This document shows, in pieces, positions 19,974-29,428 of a DNA stretch of 64,000 nt (its first letter is position 1; every line of letters starts with the position of its first letter). Source of the DNA: Anaerolineae bacterium (GTDB lineage: Bacteria > Chloroflexota > Anaerolineae > B4-G1 > DUEL01). The notes beneath the pieces were generated by a model. It saw nothing but the letters and a program-made list of their open reading frames with translations, ran no database searches and was not told where the DNA came from. The position numbers and the translations under genes were made by a program. The stretch covers positions 1 through 64,000 of the forward strand of contig JBDOIF010000047.1 of NCBI GenBank assembly GCA_041082215.1, written 5' to 3'.

Positions 19974-20361
19974 ACGCTTCCCACCTGACGACCCTCGAGA
20001 ATGGTTGAACCGGGCGCGCAGCAATCTGGCCCGGGCCAGAGAAGGGGTGAGGATCCCAGGGGTTTACCTGGAGGATCTCTGCTTTGACGCTCAGCAAGCT
20101 GCGGAAAAAGCGATCAAGGGGCTCTTAATCCATCTCAGTACACCCTTTCCTTACGTCCATGACCTGGCCCTGCTTCTGGCCAGCGTTGAGCAGGCCGGGC
20201 AGGAGGTTCCTGCAGCAGTTCGCCAGGCAGCCCGACTGACCCGTTACGCGGTGACCACTCGCTATCCAGGGTTACCAGAATCTGTAACGCAGGAGGAGTA
20301 CGAGGAGGCGGTGCGGATTGCCGCCGAGGTTGTGCGCTGGGCTCAGGAAGTAATCGGATAG
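19963..20361 (+). CDS. HEPN domain protein (MNT-HEPN pair)
   Basis: CFDAQQAAEKAIK, HDL and TRYP motifs; overlaps the MNT gene. Confidence 0.9.
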   Translation: MPDERFPPDDPREWLNRARSNLARAREGVRIPGVYLEDLCFDAQQAAEKAIKGLLIHLSTPFPYVHDLALLLASVEQAGQEVPAAVRQAARLTRYAVTTRYPGLPESVTQEEYEEAVRIAAEVVRWAQEVIG

Positions 20362-20432
20362 GGGCAAGCACAGCAGCGGTTTGCAGAAAAGCGTCCGGCG
20401 CTGCCGGGGTGGGCAGCGCCGGACCTGAGCTG

Positions 20433-20918
20433 CTAATAGCCGCCAAAACCGCTTGGGATGGCGTGAGCGTCCCAGAAGTGTTCGTTAGCCATGGTGCCGT
20501 GGGAGAAGATGACCTCGAACTGTCCCCAGATCGGATAGCCTCCCTCTCTCCAGCATGGGCTGTTCTGGAGTTCTGGCCCTACCCAGACAATCTTATAGTG
20601 CCATGTCTCCCCGCTGCCGCCGGGCATCATGCCGTTCCACTCATTGTCTGTCCACGCATCGCATGTCCAGGGTGCGCCATGGAATCGGGCATTATCCCAG
20701 GCTTTTGACCATTTCATCACCAGGTGGTCGTTGGCATAGGTCGGGTCCCCCCAGACCTTTCCGTCCAGTACCCGGTCCACGCCATCAGCCCGTCCAACGA
20801 AGATGCGCGCCCTGTAGTTATATCCGAACTCATCGAAGCCGCCTCCGCCTGCCAGAGCCGGTATAGCGCTCAGGGCCAGCAGGATGACAACCACCAGCAC
20901 AAACGCCAGTTTCCTCAT
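20433..20918 (-). CDS. Secreted Trp/Gly-rich hypothetical protein
   Basis: Signal peptide [33 protein letters not shown]. Confidence 0.8.
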   Translation of the reverse strand: MRKLAFVLVVVILLALSAIPALAGGGGFDEFGYNYRARIFVGRADGVDRVLDGKVWGDPTYANDHLVMKWSKAWDNARFHGAPWTCDAWTDNEWNGMMPGGSGETWHYKIVWVGPELQNSPCWREGGYPIWGQFEVIFSHGTMANEHFWDAHAIPSGFGGY

Positions 20919-21012
20919 CTCAATCCTCCTTTCGCAAGTCGGTTTTGAGAATTGGCCACAAGTACCTCAGATACAATCTTGGTATGCCCTGAGCATCACC
21001 TCCTTGTGTGAT

Positions 21013-21049
21013 GGAGGAGGCCCCGGAAAACATTGCCGGGGCCTCCTCC
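21013..21049. other. Strong intergenic hairpin (terminator or mRNA-stabilising)
   Basis: GGAGGAGGCCCCGG/CCGGGGCCTCCTCC 14-bp stem; no clear U-tract. Confidence 0.6.
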
Positions 21050-21055
21050 TGCCGC

Positions 21056-22708
21056 TTATCTGGGCACAACCTTCACCGAATCTGTGCCCTTGATAGGTGT
21101 TCCATCCGTGGTGTTGCCGGTCAGGGTCGCCTCGGTGCTGCTCGGGGTCAGGTTCAGCTGCTGCGTCCTGAAGTGGAACAGTATATCCTTGTCACCGTCC
21201 AGATCTATATCAATCCTCCACACCCAGCGGACTGGCGGGGCGTCAGCGAACAACACTGTCGCGGGGTCAACAGTGCTGGCATCGAAATCAGGGGTGGTAA
21301 GCACTGCCACCGGCACCAGGCCTCTGGACTTGAGGTTGATGATGTTGAGGCAACTGCCGGGCTTGATGTCAATTTTGACGATTCGGCCGATGACCAGGCT
21401 ATCGGTGTCTGTGAACTCGCACCCATCGCACACCGTGACCTTGGTCTCGACCGTGTAGATGCCCGGCGGCAGGTTGGCCGTGGTGCTGGCAGTGCCACCG
21501 GCGACGGTGGTCGCATGGTACTCTGTGCTGTTCACGGTGAAGATCACCTCGATCCCGCTCCCATCGGTGATGCCATCGTAGGAGAGCTGGGCGCTGAGGT
21601 TGACATCAATGTTGCCGGTGCTCCACAACTCCGTATCGCCCGTGTAGGTGACGCCTGTGACCCGGATCGCCTGGTCGGCATTGTATGGCCAGAACCAGGG
21701 GGTGTTGTTGCATCCCACAATAACTGGACCGTGCGCGTAGGTTACAGCCACTCCCTGCATCGTGTTGCAGCACACCCGAGAGCCAGCGTTGCTGGTCCAG
21801 GTGGACGGCGCCCAGGCGCCCAGAGCAATACCCTTGTTGGCGAGGGTGTTGTAGGCGATGAAGTTGTTCTCGCTGAGGTTCCCAAGCCCGATCTGTGCGT
21901 CGTTGTACCCGTCGTAGGTGGAGATGGCGGCCCAGTGGTTGGTGTCCAGGGCCTCCACGGTGTTGTGGACGATCCGGTTGCCGCTGGAATGCCAGATGTA
22001 CACCGCATGCCAGACATCGCTGAACACGCAGTTCTCGACGGTGTTGTTGTTGAAGCCCAGCGTCTCGCCAGCCCCGCCGTAGCCAGCGTACAGCCCGCCG
22101 ATCATCACACCCGCCGTGTTGTAGGTGCCGTCCGTATAGTCGAAGGGGCGGTGGATCGTGAAGCCGCGGATGGTGACGTTGCTGGCGATGATGGCCACAG
22201 CGTTGGGCGCCGTGCCAAATTTGGGTCGCACGCAGTCGCCAGGAGTCATTGGGTCGTCGTCCCATACTTTCGTGGTCGGGTTCCAGATACACCCCGTGGA
22301 GTGTTCGATTGAACCGCCCCCACCTGTGCATCCACCGCCATCGCATAGTGCCCGGTTCACCCAGAAATTGTATGTCGTCTGGATTACAGTCTTCGAGGGG
22401 TCAGGGTCTACTGCCTCGATCGTCAGACCGTCTTTGTAGATGATGAGCGCAGGGGCGTACTGGTCGCCTGGACCCCAGTGGGGTGGCACCGGGCTGGTAT
22501 ACTGGCGATGTCCGTAGGTGCCGGGGTAAACGAGGATGGTATCGCCCGGGTTGGCAGCGTTGACCGCATCCTGAGGGTGAAGGTAGCAGGGGGAGTTTCC
22601 ACCGCAGACACCGTCATCGTCCACGTACAGGGTCCCGGGGTCGGCACTGGCGGGTATGGCCATCAGTAGCAGCGAGAACACAACTGCAAGGACCAGAAGC
22701 CTTTTCAT
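21056..22708 (-). CDS. Secreted parallel beta-helix (pectin-lyase/NosD-like) protein with Ig-like C-terminal domains
   Basis: Signal peptide; QDAVNAANPGDTILVYPGTY; ASNVTIRGFTI; Asn-ladder repeats; C-terminal IDIKPGS...PVAVL...DxDGDxDILFHF domain. Confidence 0.8.
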   Translation of the reverse strand: MKRLLVLAVVFSLLLMAIPASADPGTLYVDDDGVCGGNSPCYLHPQDAVNAANPGDTILVYPGTYGHRQYTSPVPPHWGPGDQYAPALIIYKDGLTIEAVDPDPSKTVIQTTYNFWVNRALCDGGGCTGGGGSIEHSTGCIWNPTTKVWDDDPMTPGDCVRPKFGTAPNAVAIIASNVTIRGFTIHRPFDYTDGTYNTAGVMIGGLYAGYGGAGETLGFNNNTVENCVFSDVWHAVYIWHSSGNRIVHNTVEALDTNHWAAISTYDGYNDAQIGLGNLSENNFIAYNTLANKGIALGAWAPSTWTSNAGSRVCCNTMQGVAVTYAHGPVIVGCNNTPWFWPYNADQAIRVTGVTYTGDTELWSTGNIDVNLSAQLSYDGITDGSGIEVIFTVNSTEYHATTVAGGTASTTANLPPGIYTVETKVTVCDGCEFTDTDSLVIGRIVKIDIKPGSCLNIINLKSRGLVPVAVLTTPDFDASTVDPATVLFADAPPVRWVWRIDIDLDGDKDILFHFRTQQLNLTPSSTEATLTGNTTDGTPIKGTDSVKVVPR

Positions 22709-23063
22709 TGTCCTCCCTCCTTTCGCTGAAACATCAAGAGCTCAATAAGCTTTCCTCCTGCATGGACAAGTCCAGAGGAGCTGCCGACGTTGCCCTGCAG
22801 GTTGTCGAGCTATGCGCTTTTGTGCTCGATAGGCATCACCTCCCTGCTGCAAGCGCTTGCCTTTGGACAGATTGTATCGAAACCCGCTGGCACGTTGGGG
22901 CACAATGAAAGTTGATTCGCAACAGTAGGCGGGAAGATAATCGGAGCAGTATAATTTTAATTTTAAATAAACAAGTAAATTCTTGGGAAAAAATTTATTA
23001 AAAATTTCTTAAAATGTCCCGCTCGCTTGTCTGGAAGTTGTCTGTTGATTGCCATGTGACGGG

Positions 23064-23095
23064 AAAAGGCCCCCACGCGAAAAGCATGGGGGCCT
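23064..23095 (-). terminator. Probable terminator after the large surface-protein gene
   Basis: Minus-strand AGGCCCCCA...TGGGGGCCT followed by TTT. Confidence 0.65.
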
Positions 23096-23128
23096 GCTCC
23101 TTGGTTGGCTGCCCTTATCGTTGGGCCT

Positions 23129-26100
23129 TTACAGTATCAGCTTTCGCCTCGCCAGCAGCCAGGCAGCCCCCGCCAGGCCGGTGACCGCCGTGGCGCCAGC
23201 GGCCGCGGCCTGGGCGGAAAGGGGCGCAGGGCTGGGGGTGGCGTCCTGCCCGGAGCCAGCAGCAGCCAGCTCGTCTGAGTATCCGGTAAGGCTGAACACA
23301 GGGCTGGAGACGGCATCCCCCTCAGAACTGGCTGCGCCTGCCAGCCCGCTGGAGCCAGAAGAACAACTCAGCCGGCACTGCTCGCTCCACAGATCTCCCT
23401 GGCCGGGATGACCGGGCCGCTGATAGGCCTTGAACATGTAGTTGCCGGAAGGACCGTTGGGGTTGTTGTTGGGGTTGTAGGTCAGGACCTGGCACTCGCC
23501 GGCGCGCAGGGGGCTGATCGTCCCGCTGGCGATGACGACGCCGTTCTTCGGGTTTCCTCTGGCGATCCAGTACAGCTCCCACGTGGTGGATCCCCTCATA
23601 TCTTCCCCACCGTTGCACACGCGGGCGCGGATCTGGTTGCAATCCCCCTGGCAGCCGTAGCCTTCATCGAAGTACAGCGAGCTCTTGTCCCACCCGCCTT
23701 CGGGCACGGTGATGGTGACGGTGGCGGTATCGGAGTGGGATTCACCGGTGTCCTCTTCGACGGCGGTGGCGGTGTTGTCGAGCTCATAGGTGCCGGGTTC
23801 GGCGGTGTTATTGGTCACCGTCTTGTGGATGGAGAAGGAGGCGGAGGAGCAGGACTGCCAGCCGCCGGTGGGGTAGTCGTCGGTGGCGGAGAAGCCGGAG
23901 GGGATGGACTGCACATCGGTGACGGTGGCGCAGGCATCCTCCTCGCTGGTTGGGTTGGTGGGGAGGTCGAAGGACTGGCGGTAGAGGAAGGTGTGTTCGC
24001 CTTTGGGGTGGTTGGCCAGGGTGACGTAGGCCACATTGCGGTAGGTGGCTCCCTCGACGGGGGTGAAGGGGAAGCTGTAGGTCCACTCTCCCAGGCCGCC
24101 GGCGGGGATCCAGCTTTCTCCGGCGACGGTGACGCGGGTCAGCTCGACCCAGTCGCCGGGGCCGGGGAGCTTGTACTCGATGGCGTCCTCCACCTGGAGG
24201 ATGTGGGCGGGGTTCTCGACGTCGTTCTGGGCGTAGATGGTGCCCTGGACGGAGTAGGCGTCACCGGCCACGGCCCGGACAACCTCGATGGTGTAGGTCA
24301 GGTCGCCGCTCTCACCTGGGGCCAGCTCGAGGGCGTCTGGGGCGACGGATTTGGAGATGGACCAGTCGTAGGTCCGTTGCCAGAGGGGCTGGACGGTCTT
24401 GGTCACCTCCAGGCTGGTGGGTCCTTCTCCGGTCCAGGTCTTGATGGACGGTTCGTCGGTCAGCTCCCCTTCGGAGTAGGTGTCGTCCCCATCGTCCAGC
24501 CAGGCGCGGATGTGGGCGGTGCCCGGGGTGGTGGAGACGACGGTCACGGTGGCCTGGCCGGACTGATTGGTCAGGGCCTCGACGTACTGCCCGTCGCCCT
24601 CGAAGTGGCCGAAGTCGGTGGAGAAGCTGACCCACACCCCCTCCATCGGGTTGCCGTACTGGTCCAGCACGGTGGCGGTGAACTGATGGGTGGTGTCCGT
24701 GGGCAGCTCATTCGTCGCCTGGTCCGGCTCCAGAATCAACCTCGTCGGCTCCGGCGCAGGCTTCGTGCCCAGGTAGTGAGCGTCGTCTTTGTCGCTGTAA
24801 GGCTCCCCATCGTAGTAACCGGTGACGGTGGCGGTGTCGGCATGTTGACCCTCTTCGGCTGCAAAGGGTCCGATGACGCATTCAAACGACCCGCCCGGAG
24901 CCAGCTCCTGTGGCACCTCGCAGCCGCTCAGGTTGAAGTCGGAGTCCTCCAGCGTGATGCCGGTCAGGGTGACGTTCCCGTCGTTGGTCACGACGAAGCG
25001 GAAGTAGACCGGCGTTCCTTCCTCAACCTCAGGGCCGGGGGGCGTATCCGCGTCTGCCCACGTTTGCTGCCCATCCACGGAGATGTACTTCTCGATGTCA
25101 ATAGATGGAGCGGCCTCGAAGTAGCCGTAGTACTTGGCCAGGTCAGTGTCCTTATAGGTCTTGCACCCGTATTTGCCGGAGGCGGTGGCCGCATTCACGT
25201 GCCATCCCTCCTTCGCCGCGAAGGGGCCGATGATGCATTCGAAGGAGGCGCCCGGGGCCAGCGGGTCGGTCAGGGTACAGCCGCTCAGGTCATAGACACT
25301 GTCGCTGAGGGTGATATGGGCGAGCTGGACGTTCCCTGTATTCTTCACCCAGAACCTGAAGTAGACGTCGGCGCCCACCGGCACCTGCAGGGCTTCCGCT
25401 GGCGTGTCGGCGTCATACCAGGTCTCGCCATCGGTGGAGACGTATTTCTCCACATCAATGGCGGGGGCTGGCGGCGGCGTGGGAGTGGGGGTTGGCGTGG
25501 GCTTCGGTGTAGGCTCCGGTGTAGGGCTGGGGGATGGTGTGGGTTCCGGTGTGGGTGTGGGCTGGGGTGGGGCACAGGTGTAGGCGTTGCCGAACTGGAC
25601 GGTGGCCTGCTGGCCTTCCGCCAGGCCGAAGATGACGAAGTAACCGCCATCCCAGAACGTCATCCCTGGAGGCGTGGTCGGTTCCCAGCACTCCCGCTTT
25701 TCCTCCCACACCTTGTACTGGCCAGGCTCCAGCTCTCCGAAGGTCACCAGGCCGTTCCCGTCGGTGCGGGCCTCGGCGATCAGCCTGAGGCCGCTATCGA
25801 GGCTGTAGAGGCGGATGAGCCATCCCTCGATGCTCTCCTCTCCATCACCCTGAACCCTGTCGCGGTTCTTGTCGTTGAACTTATGGACGAGGATGCTCCC
25901 GGCCTGTGGTGACGGTGGCGGCGGTGGAGGCGGTGGAGGCTCGACGCACGGCCCCACGGTCGCCGAGGCTTCGTCGTCGTTGGTCTGAACGGCGACGGTG
26001 TGGGGTTCCAGGAGCGGCAGGGTGACCCCCCACTCGGCCCAGTTGACCGTCTGTTCGAGGGTCTGATTGGCCTCCAGCGGGACGGCGTGCTCGAACACGA

Positions 26101-26311
26101 CCTCTCCATCGAGGAGGACAGTGACCGTCTCGGTCCCGCCGTATGAGGAGAGGTTGCGGATGCCCGCCGTTCCCCCTTCGCAGGTCAGTTCCAGCCAGAC
26201 CTCCGTCTCGATTTCCACAGGGGTGGGCACGGCGAGGATGGTGCTCACAGGCCAGAGGCCCAGCAGGACCGACAGAACAACAGAAAAGGTCAAGATACGT
26301 CTGCTTTTCAT
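23129..26311 (-). CDS. Large surface-anchored multidomain protein (SdrD-B-like, two Ig-like repeats, invasin-like Ig, TapA-like domain, C-terminal anchor)
   Basis: Signal peptide MKSRRILTFSVVLSVLL; Pro/Thr linkers; KFNDKNRDRVQGDGE; duplicated PxIDxEKY...NxGNV module; terminal hydrophobic helix plus RRK; ATG 26311 after AAAGGAGG. Confidence 0.85.
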   Translation of the reverse strand: MKSRRILTFSVVLSVLLGLWPVSTILAVPTPVEIETEVWLELTCEGGTAGIRNLSSYGGTETVTVLLDGEVVFEHAVPLEANQTLEQTVNWAEWGVTLPLLEPHTVAVQTNDDEASATVGPCVEPPPPPPPPPSPQAGSILVHKFNDKNRDRVQGDGEESIEGWLIRLYSLDSGLRLIAEARTDGNGLVTFGELEPGQYKVWEEKRECWEPTTPPGMTFWDGGYFVIFGLAEGQQATVQFGNAYTCAPPQPTPTPEPTPSPSPTPEPTPKPTPTPTPTPPPAPAIDVEKYVSTDGETWYDADTPAEALQVPVGADVYFRFWVKNTGNVQLAHITLSDSVYDLSGCTLTDPLAPGASFECIIGPFAAKEGWHVNAATASGKYGCKTYKDTDLAKYYGYFEAAPSIDIEKYISVDGQQTWADADTPPGPEVEEGTPVYFRFVVTNDGNVTLTGITLEDSDFNLSGCEVPQELAPGGSFECVIGPFAAEEGQHADTATVTGYYDGEPYSDKDDAHYLGTKPAPEPTRLILEPDQATNELPTDTTHQFTATVLDQYGNPMEGVWVSFSTDFGHFEGDGQYVEALTNQSGQATVTVVSTTPGTAHIRAWLDDGDDTYSEGELTDEPSIKTWTGEGPTSLEVTKTVQPLWQRTYDWSISKSVAPDALELAPGESGDLTYTIEVVRAVAGDAYSVQGTIYAQNDVENPAHILQVEDAIEYKLPGPGDWVELTRVTVAGESWIPAGGLGEWTYSFPFTPVEGATYRNVAYVTLANHPKGEHTFLYRQSFDLPTNPTSEEDACATVTDVQSIPSGFSATDDYPTGGWQSCSSASFSIHKTVTNNTAEPGTYELDNTATAVEEDTGESHSDTATVTITVPEGGWDKSSLYFDEGYGCQGDCNQIRARVCNGGEDMRGSTTWELYWIARGNPKNGVVIASGTISPLRAGECQVLTYNPNNNPNGPSGNYMFKAYQRPGHPGQGDLWSEQCRLSCSSGSSGLAGAASSEGDAVSSPVFSLTGYSDELAAAGSGQDATPSPAPLSAQAAAAGATAVTGLAGAAWLLARRKLIL

Positions 26312-26423
26312 GTGGCATCCCTCCTTTCGAATGGGGACAGGCGCGTCGGCTGGATCTGGCCTCATCCCTACTCCCCTGGGGGGATAGGGCGGGAAGGCCA
26401 CCCAGACGCGCGATCTCCGCTTT

Positions 26424-26650
26424 GTAACCGCTCACCGCTGAGGCACGGAGAACGGTGAATACAAACCACCGGACAGTTTTCTAGATCGCGAATCCTGCGA
26501 ATCGGGCAAATGACACGAATGGTGCGAAACAGACCCCAATAAGGCCAGAACTGCCCGGAAACATTCATGACATTCGGTCTGTTCGCATCATTCGCGATAA
26601 GCTTCCTTGGCTCCAACAAAAGTGTCAGGTGGCTAGCGGTGAGCGGTTAC
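26424..26650. mobile_element. MITE-like element with perfect 16-bp terminal inverted repeats
   Basis: GTAACCGCTCACCGCT (26424-26439) / AGCGGTGAGCGGTTAC (26635-26650); no convincing internal gene. Confidence 0.7.
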
Positions 26651-26839
26651 CCCGAATTTATTATCGAATGGGCAGGTAAAAATCGAGAAATATAAGGATT
26701 AAAAAAAACTAAAAAAAGACAGGCTAATGCTGTGTGGGGGGAGGGGAGGATCAGGTGACGGTCGCCTGATGTTATGTGGCGCAGGCTGTCAGCCTGCGCC
26801 ACAACGCACCTCAGGCGGTTTTTACCTCGAAGGCGACGG

Positions 26840-28319
26840 TCACCTGGATTCCTGCGGGCCCTGCCAGCGGAGGATCAGCTCTTTGGCTGCCCGCACCTCG
26901 TCCAGCCGCCGCACCGGGGCAGTGTGGGGCGCTTCGTGCAGCAGCTCAGGTCGGGTGCGGGCCTCCTCGGCGATGCGGAGGAGGGCGTCGGCGAAAGCGT
27001 CCAGCGTCTCTTTGCTCTCCGTCTCCGTCGGCTCGATCATCAGCGCCTCGTGGACGATGAGGGGGAAGTAGTTGGTGGGAGGGTGGAAGCCGTAGTCAAT
27101 GAGCCGTTTGGAGATGTCCAGCGCCCGCACGTCGGGGGCGTCCGCGAAGCGGCCCTCGCAGACGAACTCGTGCATGCAGATCCGGTCGTACGGAACGGGG
27201 TAGGTCCCATGAACCCGGCTCTTGAGGTAGTTGGCGTTGAGCACGGCGTGCTCCGCCACCCGCCGCAGGCCCTCAGGCCCCATCATCCGGATGTAGGTGT
27301 AAGCCCGCACCAGCACCCCGAAGTGGCCGTAGAAGGCCTTCACCCGGCCGATAGACCTGGGCGGGGTAACAAAGGTGAAGAAGGGCTCATCCTTCTCGGA
27401 GCGCTCGGGGTCCACCGCGACGATGGGCCCGGGCAGGAAGTCGGCCAGGAGGGGGGAGGCGCCCACCGGGCCGGAGCCGGGACCGCCGCCGCCGTGGGGG
27501 GTGCTGAAGGTCTTGTGCAGGTTGTAGTGAAGGACGTCGAAGCCCAGGTCGCCGGGGCGGGCGATGCCCAGGAGGGCGTTCATGTTCGCCCCGTCGCCGT
27601 ACATCAGCCCGCCGTGCTGGTGGACGAGCGCGGCGATCTCCTCCAGATGCTCGTCGAAAAGGCCCAGCGTGTTGGGGTTGGTGAGCATCATCCCCACCAG
27701 CCGGTCGCCGTGCTCCTGGCAGGCTGCCTTCAGCGCTGCCAGGTCTACGTTTCCCCGGCTGTCGGAGGGGACCTCGACCACGCGCAGGCCGCTCATGGTC
27801 GTGCTGGCCGGGTTGGTGCCGTGGGCCGAGTCGGGGACCAGGATCACGTCTCTGTGCGCCTCCCCCCGGTCGATCTGGTAGGCCCGCATCATCAGCACGC
27901 CGGTCAGTTCCCCGTGGGCCCCCGCCGCTGGCTGGAGGCTCACCCCGGCGAACCCCCCAATCTCCTTGAGGAACTCCTGCAAGGCGTACATCAGGAAGAG
28001 CGCCCCCTGCACCGTCTCCTCATCCTGATAGGGATGGAGGTGGACAAAGCCCGGCAGGCGGCACATCTCCTCGTTGATCTTGGGGTTGTATTTCATCGTG
28101 CAGGAGCCAAGGGGATAGAAGCCGATGTCCACCCCGAAGTTCATCTGGGAAAGGCGAGTGTAGTGGCGGATCAGGTCTGGCTCGCCCACCTCTGGCAGCG
28201 CCAGCTCTTCCCGCACCAGCCCTTCCGGGAGATCGGCGGGGGGCACGTCCAGCTCCGGCAGCGCCACGGCGCACCGGCCGGGACGGGAGATTTCGAAGAT
28301 CAGGGGTTCGGTTGCCGTC

Positions 28320-28327
<8 letters not shown>
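26840..28327 (-). CDS. gcvPB: Glycine dehydrogenase (decarboxylating) subunit 2
   Basis: [41 protein letters not shown] and MIEPTETES motifs. Confidence 0.96.
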
Positions 28328-29370
<1,043 letters not shown>

Positions 29371-29428
29371 CTTGCCCTCCTTGAGCATTTAGGAAATAGC
29401 CCAGCACCCCAGTAACCCAGTCATCCAG

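Noticed and set aside
26312..26423. c-di-GMP riboswitch in the surface-protein leader
   Set aside because: The leader is structured, but I could not find the GEMM GNRA-tetraloop/receptor consensus
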